DNA of 62,081 nt from Pseudobdellovibrionaceae bacterium (GCA_030591685.1 JAUVAX010000012.1:1-62081); one strand, 5' to 3'. Shown: positions 48,681-59,615, counted from the first letter of the stretch. Numbers and translations: made by a program. Notes: generated by a model from the letters alone, not told the origin.

Positions 48681-49286
48681 TTATAGCCCTACTCTTTGCT
48701 TTTCATATATTTTTCGAATTTGCTTGTAGCCTGACCATACAATTAAACCAGACTTCAAATTTGTCATATTTAAAGTGAGCTTGTAATAAACTGTTTTGTC
48801 TCTCCCGACCTGCTGAACAATCGAATCCAAGCGACCATTTAATATATAGTCTGCACCCACCTGGCCCCCTGGGCCTTTTTTTGTAGACCGAGACACCATG
48901 CCGGAGTTTTGATATTTATACTCCTCAGAAATGTCCTCCCTTGCCGATTTGTCAACAAACTGCAGACCCGAGGAGTTCATAAGCTCAACCCTCAACATGT
49001 CTGTAATGTTTTGCGTATCTATATGCTCGGAAGTTTTATTTTGCAAACGAGTGACCATAACTACCGGCGGCCTTTTTGCCCTTTTAATAAGCCTGTGCGA
49101 ATTGAGCTTTCCGACTAAATCCTGCACAGCCTTTTGCATGTCCGTCTCAGACCATTTATCATTTAATAGATTTTCGCCTTGTACGTTTTTGTCGTAACTG
49201 CCTCTTACAAAGTCTTTTGGCCCACAGGCTGCCAAAAGGGATAAAAAACAAAACAAAGATATTATTTTTGTTAACTGACATTTCAT
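48681..49286 (-). CDS. LpoB/CsgG-like lipoprotein
   Basis: Lipobox LAAC, NKTSEHIDT, GADYILNG, GLIVWS motifs. Confidence 0.85.
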   Translation of the reverse strand: MKCQLTKIISLFCFLSLLAACGPKDFVRGSYDKNVQGENLLNDKWSETDMQKAVQDLVGKLNSHRLIKRAKRPPVVMVTRLQNKTSEHIDTQNITDMLRVELMNSSGLQFVDKSAREDISEEYKYQNSGMVSRSTKKGPGGQVGADYILNGRLDSIVQQVGRDKTVYYKLTLNMTNLKSGLIVWSGYKQIRKIYEKQRVGL

Positions 49287-49593
49287 AACAGTCCCCTTAC
49301 CGGTAATTTTAAACTTTTTGGTAGTCTATCAGCTTTTGCTCTTTGCGCAACGCCTTACCTAGACCTGAGTGGGTAAAAACTATTGATGCCGCGTATCAGC
49401 CTCTTTTCACTGCAAATGATGTTAACGCTCGCACCGTTTAACGCACGGAGGGACTGGCACAATAAGCCCTGCAGAGGCACAAAAAACTCTGCAATAAATC
49501 ACCCGTAAAGATCTCTCTTGTTAGCCGAAATAGAATTTTTCACACGACCAATGATTATTTACACTAGAAATAAACCAAACATTTTAAGAAAAA

Positions 49594-50187
49594 TTAAAAC
49601 TGTATGATCTTTGTTCTTTTAACCCTTTTTATGGATTTGAGTTTATATTTTTTATCGAATTCAAAAACAAAACCATCCTTACGGGCAATTTCTTTAAAGT
49701 TTTCATAAAAAAGCCTTTTGTTTTCTTCATCATAATCAGAAAGCCATTTTTTATTTTCAATAACTCTATAGAGCCTATCCTCTGGGCTTGCCCCGTCGAG
49801 CGCCCCAGAGGTGCGTGAGTTTAAATCTTGATACACTTCCTCGGCGGCATTCTTTGGGTTAATGCTAATGCGAAAGTCCTCTTTTACATCTGTTAATTCC
49901 TCTAAAGGCGTAAGCTCGTTTTGTCGTAAATCCCAGGAGTGGTGTGTGTTGTCTACATCAACCTCTACCTCTAGGCCTTGACGATTTATGTTTGCATTAA
50001 GAAGGTTCTCATTTACCTTTTGCAGGGTAGTTTGGCCCTTGCGAGGCTGAGGCTCTGATTTAATTATTGAGTTCATTGATTGGTTCTCGGCACGCTGATC
50101 CTTTATAACAACCACAAGAGCGGCAACGCCCACAAAACAGGTGGCCCAAAGTATGATTTCTTTTACTAATCCTTTTAGGTTTTTCAT
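49594..50187 (-). CDS. Membrane-anchored hypothetical protein
   Basis: Single N-terminal TM; start set at MKNLKG (50187), 7 nt after a sigma28-type -10 box. Confidence 0.6.
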   Translation of the reverse strand: MKNLKGLVKEIILWATCFVGVAALVVVIKDQRAENQSMNSIIKSEPQPRKGQTTLQKVNENLLNANINRQGLEVEVDVDNTHHSWDLRQNELTPLEELTDVKEDFRISINPKNAAEEVYQDLNSRTSGALDGASPEDRLYRVIENKKWLSDYDEENKRLFYENFKEIARKDGFVFEFDKKYKLKSIKRVKRTKIIQF

Positions 50188-50194
50188 TAAATAC

Positions 50195-50239
50195 TTATCG
50201 GGGAAAGCTTGATGAAATATTAAAACTCTCATTTTGAGA
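50195..50239 (-). promoter_or_regulatory. Putative sigma28 promoter with adjacent TCTCA-N3-TGAGA operator
   Basis: TAATA-15nt-CCCGATAA (50222-50195) and the dyad at 50227-50239. Confidence 0.6.
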
Positions 50240-50537
50240 CAACATTAATGTCTCCAGTAATTTTAAATTGCTTGTTTACTACCTTGGGCACTCTGCCTCT
50301 TAATTTTCCTGAACGCATATAAGACTAGGTTAACACGACCTAGACTATTAACTCTGTGACTATTAAATAGAATGTATTTAAATTGAGTATGTGGTGGAGG
50401 AACCTTTGAAAACTTCAATTCAAATAATTTTTGTCGCTATTTTAGTGTTTTTTATTAGCAAGCAGTATATCGAAAACCCGCATTGCTGGGCTTTCGCAAA
50501 AAACAACGAACATTGTACAAAGCCGGAGGCTCCATTT

Positions 50538-51335
50538 ATGTTACAACAATTCTTTCTTCATGTTGATACAACTGGGTTGGCAGTCGAAATCCGACTTAAT
50601 GGTATACCTCTTGTAAAAGATGCCGAGGGCTCCGGCTTTCAAGAAACACAGCCTGTAAATATTTGGCTAAAAACTGGGGACAATTCACTCTCCGTACACT
50701 TGAGCGCACCTGAAACCTCTAAAACAGAGGCCCCCCTAGAGCCAACTGGTACTTCAGCACAGGTCAGATTGTTTCGTCACCGTAAAGGCTCTGCGGCCCC
50801 AGACCCTGCAGAAGTGCTGGTAAATTTTTCTTGGTCACCAGATAATAATAATCCGGGAGTAACTTCACATGAGTGGCAAGAAACGGTGGATATCCCCCAG
50901 GAGAGTCTGCCGAAATCAATCCTATGGTCGCAGGCTCAATCTATCAGCAGCATTTCAGAGCAAGATAAGCAGGGTATGTTTAAGTCGTTGAATGCTCTTG
51001 CTACAGCTCTTAATCAGAATCGCTTTGAGGACGCCTTTTTGATGATGCAGTCGCGGTATCAGGATGAAGCCTCCTCAAACGAAAAGCCTCTGGAGCGTGT
51101 AAAATCTGCCGTGTTAGAGCTTTGGACAATGATGCGTAGTGAACCAGGTTTGAATATGGATTTGCCAAAATTTGATGAATTACGGTTTGAGGTTATCGGC
51201 CAAGATAACCTAGTCCACATTCACTGGCCTGATCACGAAGCCCCCATCATGTTTTCAGATAATGAGAACGAAATTGGCTATGGGATAGTCCTTTACTTTG
51301 CGAGTATTGATGGCAAATGGATCATCGCGAGGTGA
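50538..51335 (+). CDS. Hypothetical protein
   Basis: Long ORF; GGAGG RBS before ATG 50538; acidic, no recognised motif. Confidence 0.7.
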   Translation: MLQQFFLHVDTTGLAVEIRLNGIPLVKDAEGSGFQETQPVNIWLKTGDNSLSVHLSAPETSKTEAPLEPTGTSAQVRLFRHRKGSAAPDPAEVLVNFSWSPDNNNPGVTSHEWQETVDIPQESLPKSILWSQAQSISSISEQDKQGMFKSLNALATALNQNRFEDAFLMMQSRYQDEASSNEKPLERVKSAVLELWTMMRSEPGLNMDLPKFDELRFEVIGQDNLVHIHWPDHEAPIMFSDNENEIGYGIVLYFASIDGKWIIAR

Positions 51336-51480
51336 GCGCTAGCATAGGCTTCATAATAACGGGCCTGGCCCCACCTTCGTTGCCGGTGCATTAGGGCTTT
51401 TAAGTGTTATTTTTTCCAAAAAAAAATATTAACTAATAAACAATCAACACCAAGAAAATCCTGTAGAGCTAACGCCCGGC

Positions 51481-53345
51481 TTATTGATTGATTGGCAACT
51501 TAATTTGAAAGTCTGTGCCCTTGCCGGGCTGTGAAACTACATTTATAGAGCCCTTATGCTCTTCTATAATACCAAAGCTAATACTCAACCCTAGGCCCGT
51601 ACCCTCGCCTTGTTTTTTAGTGGTAAAAAATGGATCAAAAATTTTACTCATTACATCCTTTGACATGCCAGGCCCTGTGTCTTTAATACTAACGAGAATT
51701 GTTTTTTTGTCGGCCATAGATACACTGACATATATTTTACCAGCACCCTCTATTGATTGGGCAGCATTGGCTAATATGTTCATAAAAACTTGATTTAACT
51801 GGCTGGGGTAACAGTTAATTTTTGGTACGTCTTCAAGCTGTTTTATAATTTCAATACGTTTTTGAAACTCCCCTGAAAGCAAGTCTATAGTGTTTGTTAA
51901 ATCCACACACAAATCAGTTTCTTTTAACTGAGCCTCATCAAGCCGCGAAAAATTCCTTAAGCCAATGACGATATCTTTTGTTCGCTCAGCACCTGCCTCG
52001 CAGGATTTAATTAATTTTGGCAAATCTTTTTTAATATATAAAAAGTCTTCTTTAGCGAGGACTTCCGTTAATTTTTCTGGCTCGACCTGCGCGGTATTTA
52101 TTATTTTAAACAAACTCTCGGTGTGCTCATTTAAATATTTCATATTAGCATAAATAAATCCAATAGGGTTGTTTAACTCATGTGCGACCCCCGCGACCAG
52201 CTGACCAAGGCTCGCCATTTTTGCTTGATGAACAAGTTGCGACTGTGTGCTGTCTAGTGCCTGAGACATTTCGTTAAAGCTATCAATAACTATACCGAGC
52301 TCGTTTGCAGGCGCCGTCTCTACAAGCACCCCCTTTGACCCCGTCTTCATTTTTTGAATACCAACAATAAGCCGGTCCATAGGAGCTAAAAGCACTTTCG
52401 TTGTTGCGATATAAAAAACAATCAACATAATCATGAGCCCACCGACCGCCCATGCAAAAGCCACACGCACCTGGCCGATGGCTTTAATAATACTTTTTTG
52501 ACTAAGGGCCACAAAACCCAGCATTACAGACTCACCTATTTGCATTGCATTGCCGAAAATTAAATTATTATTTGAATCTGAAAAGTACGGCGCTTTAGAT
52601 ATGTTTTTATTAAGGCTAGATACGTTTAGTTTTGTATTTTTTAGGCTGGTAAAGACTGCAGGGGCATCCAGGACAAGATCAACAACACGAGCCTGGGGAG
52701 AGATAACAATGTCGGCGCCTGTTTTTGCCCTCCAAATGTTTAATGTCTTTTTTGTGATCTCTTGATTAAGTTGTACATAGCCAATAAGCCTTCCCATGCT
52801 TGTTGTTATTGCTGTAAACACTTTTAACAACAATCGCCCTTTTTTATCAAAAACAACAAACAGCTTAGGAGAGGCTTTTATTGGGGAGCTTGCCGACTCT
52901 AAATAGTTTTTAGATAAATAGTACTCCTTTGCTTCAGCCCCGCGCTCTCGAATAAATTGATTTTCTTTGTTTATTAAAGAGAGCAGCAAAAGGCCCTCTC
53001 TATTGTAAACAAGTGCTCTAGAAACTATTTTTTGATTTAAATTCGGGGCAAGCTCTGTGAATATCTTTTTTTTAAATTTATTCGTAATGTAATAGTGAAT
53101 TGATTTGTTTTTTGCAAGAACCCTCACATGAGCCTCTAGTTGGGCCCCTGAATTATTGATTGTTCTATCTAGCTCTAAAAAACTCTCTTTAAGGCGCGAC
53201 TTAACGTCCTGCTGCATAGCCTCTTCGTACTTTGCCAGTGAAAAAAACGTCACCATCACTAACGGCAACAGAGAAAACACCACAAACCCAATTACAAGGA
53301 CTGATTTTAGGGAATATTTTTTTATTTTAGACCATCCTCGCTCAT
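51481..53345 (-). CDS. HAMP-domain sensor histidine kinase (5' end ambiguous)
   Basis: KMASLGQLVAGVAHELNNP H-box, N/G1/F/G2 boxes, two TMs, HAMP; in-frame ORF is 51481-53283, and the likely ATG at 53345 is out of frame. Confidence 0.9.
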
Positions 53346-53346
53346 T

Positions 53347-54294
53347 TTAATTTTTCTTTTCAACCCATAAAATAACCCGAACGAACCCTTCGGGCATAAC
53401 TCTTCTATGGGCTGATTTCTCTACCGTTACCGGTGAAATTTTATTTAAATACACAAGAGCCTTTAGATATTGCTCCTCTGAAATTGAAAAGTGAAAGTAA
53501 CTGCCGTTTGGTTTTTTCCAGCCCAACTCGACTTGGCCGGCCTTTTTACCTCCCAGCGTACTAAGGGTGGCAACAATCTCTGGAGTTAATTCGTCTATCC
53601 GGCCTGATGACATAAAAGCACGGTACACAAAGGCGTTACCCTTTACCGCCTTTGTAATCGTTTTTGTTTTTAACTTTTTAGCTTCGGCCTCAATATAAGC
53701 TGAAGTCTCCTTAGGCGAGGGAGCCGTGGCCTTCTTTTGCGAACTCTCTTCGTGAGGCACTGGCGGCGGCAAAGCTATTACGATCTTTACTGGCCCCTCT
53801 TCTATGTTTGAAGCGCTCGCATCAACCTCGGAGAGGTCTTTTAAAATAGGCACCCGGCGATCGTCTACGAGCGTGATCCCAGAAAAATTTTTATTAAAAA
53901 AACCAATTTTATGCCATGGGGTCAAGTATACAAAAACAGCCACACACAAAGATACAGCCCCCGCTTCAAAGGCCCACTTTAGGGGCTCCGGCCAGGTTCT
54001 CCAGCTTGTGCCTCTTTTAATGGCTTGATACCAGGGCGGATCAGCGGATATTTGATCCATAAACGGCTGTGTTATTTCTGTTTTTGAAAGTTGGTCGCAG
54101 TAATTTATGGCTTCACGAAGTGCTAGTTCAGCTTGCTTTAACTCGGGGTCCTTGCTTAAGCACTCCTCAACGGCCAAAACCCTGGCCTTGTCCAATTTGT
54201 TAGTCACGTAATCATACATAATTTCTTGGCAAAGAAATTTACTCAGTGTTCTTTTTTGATTAAAAGGGCTTTTATAGCCTATTATCTCGCTCAT
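53347..54294 (-). CDS. Anti-sigma factor-like membrane protein
   Basis: CQEIMYDYV..KL...VEECL is a degenerate zf-HC2 N-terminus; central TM; periplasmic domain. Confidence 0.6.
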   Translation of the reverse strand: MSEIIGYKSPFNQKRTLSKFLCQEIMYDYVTNKLDKARVLAVEECLSKDPELKQAELALREAINYCDQLSKTEITQPFMDQISADPPWYQAIKRGTSWRTWPEPLKWAFEAGAVSLCVAVFVYLTPWHKIGFFNKNFSGITLVDDRRVPILKDLSEVDASASNIEEGPVKIVIALPPPVPHEESSQKKATAPSPKETSAYIEAEAKKLKTKTITKAVKGNAFVYRAFMSSGRIDELTPEIVATLSTLGGKKAGQVELGWKKPNGSYFHFSISEEQYLKALVYLNKISPVTVEKSAHRRVMPEGFVRVILWVEKKN

Positions 54295-54743
54295 ACGCTT
54301 GTAACCATCATTGAACTTAATTTTTTAAGCCCCCGCCCCGCCCTGTGACGAACCGTTCCTGGGGCTACGCCTATCCCTGATGAGATCTCCTCATCAGAAA
54401 ACTTTAAAATCACGGACCATATCACTGTTAAATATTCTTCGGGCTCACTTTCTCTAATGAAGTGCCTCCACAACCCGAGGTCTGTCCCTGTCGACGGCTT
54501 CCAGCCAACATCTAGAGCATTAAAGCTTCCACGCTTTTCTTTATACTTGATCCAGTTTTTATGAGTTGCGTGAATTAAGGTCGTATTATCAATAAGCTTT
54601 ACGCTTTCCTCATTTTTTAATCGACCCATGGTTTTATAACACTGACGTATTGTTTTTACAGAAGCCTGAAGGGCTTGGGTTTCGTCCATTAAAGAGTAAA
54701 AGAAAAACAAGGACACTGCTTTTTTTTGTGACTCTGTATTCAT
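54291..54743 (-). CDS. Degenerate ECF sigma factor-like protein
   Basis: Region 4 HTH FSDEEISSGIGVAPGTVRHRAGRG; only 150 aa; 4 nt overlap with the anti-sigma-like gene. Confidence 0.6.
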   Translation of the reverse strand: MNTESQKKAVSLFFFYSLMDETQALQASVKTIRQCYKTMGRLKNEESVKLIDNTTLIHATHKNWIKYKEKRGSFNALDVGWKPSTGTDLGLWRHFIRESEPEEYLTVIWSVILKFSDEEISSGIGVAPGTVRHRAGRGLKKLSSMMVTSV

Positions 54744-54747
54744 AACC

Positions 54748-55815
<1,068 letters not shown>

Positions 55816-55860
55816 TTAAAATTTAAACATTAAAATTGTAAGATAAATGTAAAAGCATAG

Positions 55861-57522
55861 TCAATGTGAGTTGGTTAGTTTCCACCCCATCTCATGTTTT
55901 ATATGATGCTCTACAGCGCGCCACTGATTCTCTCTCTCTGCGCCCCCCCAACCCAGTTCTGTTGAAAAAACATCCAACAGTAGTTCTTTATAGGCAAGTC
56001 CATGACTTTTAAGCGCCAGCATCAGTGGTGTTCTGCGGAGATAAAAATCAATAAGGTTTAAACACATTGAATTATTAAGGGCGTGATGGGCCTCTAAAGC
56101 CCAAAGCCTTTCGCCGTCTGTGCGCAAATCATTAATTCGTGCCGAATAGTTGAGCAAAATTTCATAGGCCTCAGCCCCATGCCTCGTCACTAAGCGCCTT
56201 ACAAGGCTTTCTGATAGCGCAAAATCAGAGGCCCAGTCATTAACCTTTGCCTCTGCGGCCCGCACAGACTCCTCGCTTATAAATTTATTTAAGGGCACTT
56301 TTGTTTTTGAGGGGCCTACAAGTGCTAGGTCCTCTGGTGTAAATTGGTCAAGAGCAGCATTCACCGTTTGTTCTGACATTAACCTGTAGGTTGTGTACTT
56401 TCCGCCAGCAACAAAGGTGACGTTTCGAGAGTCTGATAAAATTATATGCTCTCGGCTTGTTTTGCCCTCTGAACGTGACCCGTCATGCACTAATGGCCTT
56501 ACACCAGCGTAGCTGGCAACAATATCTTTTTTAGTGAGATTTGCCCCGGGAAAGTACTCGTTAGCCACCCCGAGTAAGTACTCAACGTCCTCAGAGGTTG
56601 TGTGTACCTCTTCTAAATCTTCTGTGTAATCGGTGTCCGTGGTGCCAATAATGACCATGTCGTCACGCGGAATGCCAAAGACAATTCTTTTCTCAGCACC
56701 CATAACTATGGCTTGAGTTAATGGCACTCGCTCTTTTTGAAACGTTAAATGAACCCCTTTTGAGGGCCTCATTAAGTCGGACCAATCCTCAAAAAAACTA
56801 TGCCCCAGCTCATCTGTCCATGGGCCCACCGTGGAAACAATATGCTTGGCGCTTAACTTAAAGCTTTCGCCTGTAAGGGCCTCTTTGCAATTAAGGCCCC
56901 GCACCTCTCCCTTAGAGTCAAAAATTGCTCCCGAAGCCTTAACATGGTTTACGCACACAGCCCCCAGTTGGTTGGCCGAGCGCAGGGTTTCGATCACAAG
57001 CCGATCGTCATCCATGTAAGCATCAGAATAAACATAAGACCCGCAAAGCCCCTGTGATTGTAGCATTGGCAGCCGAGAAAGGGTCTGACTAGGGCTTAAC
57101 CGCTCGTGCATTTCAGGCGCACGAAACAGGCTTAAAACATCATAAAACCACATCCCCAGGCCCATTTTAAACATGCCCACTCGGCTACTTTTAAATATTG
57201 GCATTACAAAGCGCAAAGGGTGAACAAGGGTTGGGGCTATATGAAAAAGTTTCTCTCGTTCGCTCAGTGCCTCAAAAACTAAATCAAATTCAAAGTTCTC
57301 TAAGTACCGAATCCCCCCATGAATAAGCTTCGAGGACCGCGAGCTTGTCCCCTCGGCATAGTCTTGCATTTCAACAAGAGCCACTTTCAAGCCTCGGCTT
57401 GCAGCGTCTCTTGCGACTCCGGCGCCATTTATACCGCCGCCAACAATGGCCAAGTCAAAACGTTCAGTTTTTAAACGCCTTAAATTGTCAACCCTTGTTG
57501 CTGATGAAAACTGCTTATACAT
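55861..57522 (-). CDS. glpD: FAD-dependent glycerol-3-phosphate dehydrogenase
   Basis: GGGINGAG, GTSSRSSKLIHGGIRYLE, GTTD, GGKYTTYR motifs. Confidence 0.95.
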   Translation of the reverse strand: MYKQFSSATRVDNLRRLKTERFDLAIVGGGINGAGVARDAASRGLKVALVEMQDYAEGTSSRSSKLIHGGIRYLENFEFDLVFEALSEREKLFHIAPTLVHPLRFVMPIFKSSRVGMFKMGLGMWFYDVLSLFRAPEMHERLSPSQTLSRLPMLQSQGLCGSYVYSDAYMDDDRLVIETLRSANQLGAVCVNHVKASGAIFDSKGEVRGLNCKEALTGESFKLSAKHIVSTVGPWTDELGHSFFEDWSDLMRPSKGVHLTFQKERVPLTQAIVMGAEKRIVFGIPRDDMVIIGTTDTDYTEDLEEVHTTSEDVEYLLGVANEYFPGANLTKKDIVASYAGVRPLVHDGSRSEGKTSREHIILSDSRNVTFVAGGKYTTYRLMSEQTVNAALDQFTPEDLALVGPSKTKVPLNKFISEESVRAAEAKVNDWASDFALSESLVRRLVTRHGAEAYEILLNYSARINDLRTDGERLWALEAHHALNNSMCLNLIDFYLRRTPLMLALKSHGLAYKELLLDVFSTELGWGGAERENQWRAVEHHIKHEMGWKLTNSH

Positions 57523-57534
57523 TTACTATAAACC

Positions 57535-57984
57535 TTAATGCTTTGTTGTTTTTACTAACAATGTATTCTCTGATAGTTTTTCAGTTTTTACAAAACCTAA
57601 ATGGTCCGAATAAGAGTCGCAATTGTAAAAAAGCACCGACTGAAAATGCTTTGAGCGAGCCGTGCGGTAAGCTACGTCGAGCATCTCCTCGGCCGAAGAC
57701 CCCTCGCTATAGCTAAAGTGTTCAACCCACAAGTTTTGGGTTAAACCTCGATAAAACAAAAGGGGTTGAGCCAAAAAGTAACCTAAAAAATCATTTGTTA
57801 CTGAATCAAAAAAACCAAAACTCCACCCTAAGGGCAGATAATGCTCTAAGGACTCTTTTCGCCATGGGGCACTCCATGAGTCGAGTTCGGCCTGAACAGG
57901 GTTATCTGTTGTGTTTTTGAGCTTTTCTTTTTCAAAAGACAAAACTAAGTCCACGTCTTTTTCACACAGAGTTTTAATTACCAT
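57535..57984 (-). CDS. Hypothetical protein, possible GNAT-like fold
   Basis: ATG 57984 with GAGGT RBS; FLGYFLAQ, LWVEH and ARSK pattern. Confidence 0.55.
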   Translation of the reverse strand: MVIKTLCEKDVDLVLSFEKEKLKNTTDNPVQAELDSWSAPWRKESLEHYLPLGWSFGFFDSVTNDFLGYFLAQPLLFYRGLTQNLWVEHFSYSEGSSAEEMLDVAYRTARSKHFQSVLFYNCDSYSDHLGFVKTEKLSENTLLVKTTKH

Positions 57985-58145
57985 ATACCTCTTATGCTTA
58001 ATTATAGCTTTAAATTCAAGCTCTTTATCAAGGCCCTGCCCCCCCCCGGGCGTGGGCCGGCAAGACTTACTCGTGTATAAAAACTCTTGTGATTTGCTCT
58101 GTTTTTGCTGTTCACTCAAAAAAATCACTGCTATAAATCGCTTGT

Positions 58146-58772
58146 ATGAAAAAAATTTTTATTTCTTTTTTTGTTTTATTATTCGGCGCAAGCTCTTTGG
58201 CTCAATACCCGACTCATTGGTGGGAGGCGGCCTCAAACCCAAAGTCATGGGAGGTCTCTGCGCACACGGCCATTAAAAACAAACAAGTCGTTTTGTCCAA
58301 ACGAAACGAACTGGGGCTGTTTTCAAATTTTGCTCACACGCCTTTTATTTTTAACAAAAAACACTATAAAAGCGTTGAAGGGCTCTGGCAATCCATGAAG
58401 TACCCCGAGAACCTCGATGACCCTAAGGACCCTCGTACCCGCCACAAAGCCTGGCCCCACACAAGGGCCGAGGTGGAGCAAATGATCGGCGCCACCGCCA
58501 AACAAGCTGGCTCAAAAGCCTCTCAAATCATGAAAATTTTAAATATTAACTGGGTGACTTATAATGGTGAGCGGCTTATTTATCGAACCCAAAAAAAAGG
58601 GGCCCACTACCGACTTATAAAACGAATACTCAAGGCCAAAATAGAACAAAACCCTAAAGTTAAGGCACTACTTATAAAAACCCGCTCATTAGTTTTGTTA
58701 TCTGACCATAAAATGCCCTCCCCCACACCCCCGGCCTGGCAATACAACCAAATCTACATGGACCTCAGGTAG
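58146..58772 (+). CDS. NADAR (YbiA/DUF1768)-like protein with signal peptide
   Basis: FSNF..TPF, SVEGLWQSMKY, AKIEQNPKVKALLIKT and terminal YMDLR; Sec-type leader MKKIFISFFVLLFGASSLA. Confidence 0.75.
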   Translation: MKKIFISFFVLLFGASSLAQYPTHWWEAASNPKSWEVSAHTAIKNKQVVLSKRNELGLFSNFAHTPFIFNKKHYKSVEGLWQSMKYPENLDDPKDPRTRHKAWPHTRAEVEQMIGATAKQAGSKASQIMKILNINWVTYNGERLIYRTQKKGAHYRLIKRILKAKIEQNPKVKALLIKTRSLVLLSDHKMPSPTPPAWQYNQIYMDLR

Positions 58773-58871
58773 ATAGGTCACTTTTTAGTATTGCAATGCG
58801 TTTAGATCAGGCCTGGGCTTGGTCATTAAAAACTGCTTTACAAATTATAGCTTTAAGATGATATTTTTTTT

Positions 58872-59609
58872 ATGCAAATATTTAATCGTTGGGACATGTT
58901 AAAGCAAAAAATTGACTCGGCACTTGAGGCCGGCTCACACCCCGTGGCTGCTTTTGATGCCGACGGTACTTTATGGTCCACCGACATGGGCGAAGAGTAC
59001 TTTCAATACATTATCAAAAACAAACTTGTACCCCTGCCTAAAGACCCCATGAGTCACTATTTAAAACTTAGAAATGGCAATAACCCCCCCGAGGGCTACT
59101 TGTGGCTGGCGCAAATTTTAAAAGGCCAATCTCTTGCTGAAATACAGCAGTGGGGGCATGATTGCCTCAAGCAAGTCTCCCCGCCTCCGTTTTACCCAGA
59201 ACTCAAAAAATTAATTCAATATTTAAAGCTCAATGGGGTCAATATTTTTATTGTTACAGCCTCTGTAAAGTGGGCCATTGAAAGCGCGGCCACTCAATTT
59301 TACGAAATCCAGCCTGAAAACATATTAGGCGTTAAAACTCAAGTCATCAATGAGCTTATCACCGACACACAAGACGGCCCTATAACGTGGAAGCAAGGCA
59401 AAGTAGACGGCCTCAACCTAGCCACTGAAAATAAAAAACCTTTTTTAGCCGTCGGAAATTCTACCGGGGATAGTTTTTTATTAAAAAACTCTACCGATAT
59501 ACAAATTGCTGTACGCTCAGCTAATGAAGGTCATATGATTTACCCCTCTGAACAGGCCCTTTATGATGAGGCTATAAAAAGCAACTGGCTAACCCATGAC
59601 TTTAGATAA
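58872..59609 (+). CDS. HAD-superfamily phosphatase (SerB-like)
   Basis: FDADGTLW, VTAS, GK and GNSTGD motifs I-IV. Confidence 0.88.
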   Translation: MQIFNRWDMLKQKIDSALEAGSHPVAAFDADGTLWSTDMGEEYFQYIIKNKLVPLPKDPMSHYLKLRNGNNPPEGYLWLAQILKGQSLAEIQQWGHDCLKQVSPPPFYPELKKLIQYLKLNGVNIFIVTASVKWAIESAATQFYEIQPENILGVKTQVINELITDTQDGPITWKQGKVDGLNLATENKKPFLAVGNSTGDSFLLKNSTDIQIAVRSANEGHMIYPSEQALYDEAIKSNWLTHDFR

Positions 59610-59615
59610 ATAAGT

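Noticed and set aside
49447..49475. GGAGGGACTGGC resembles the SAM-I riboswitch core
   Set aside because: No upstream ATCnAGAG, no GCAACC or GTGC/AATTCC elements, and it is antisense to both flanking genes.
51336..51480. Possible integron attC site after the orphan gene
   Set aside because: No convincing RYYYAAC...GTTRRRY pair with an internal dyad, and no integrase.
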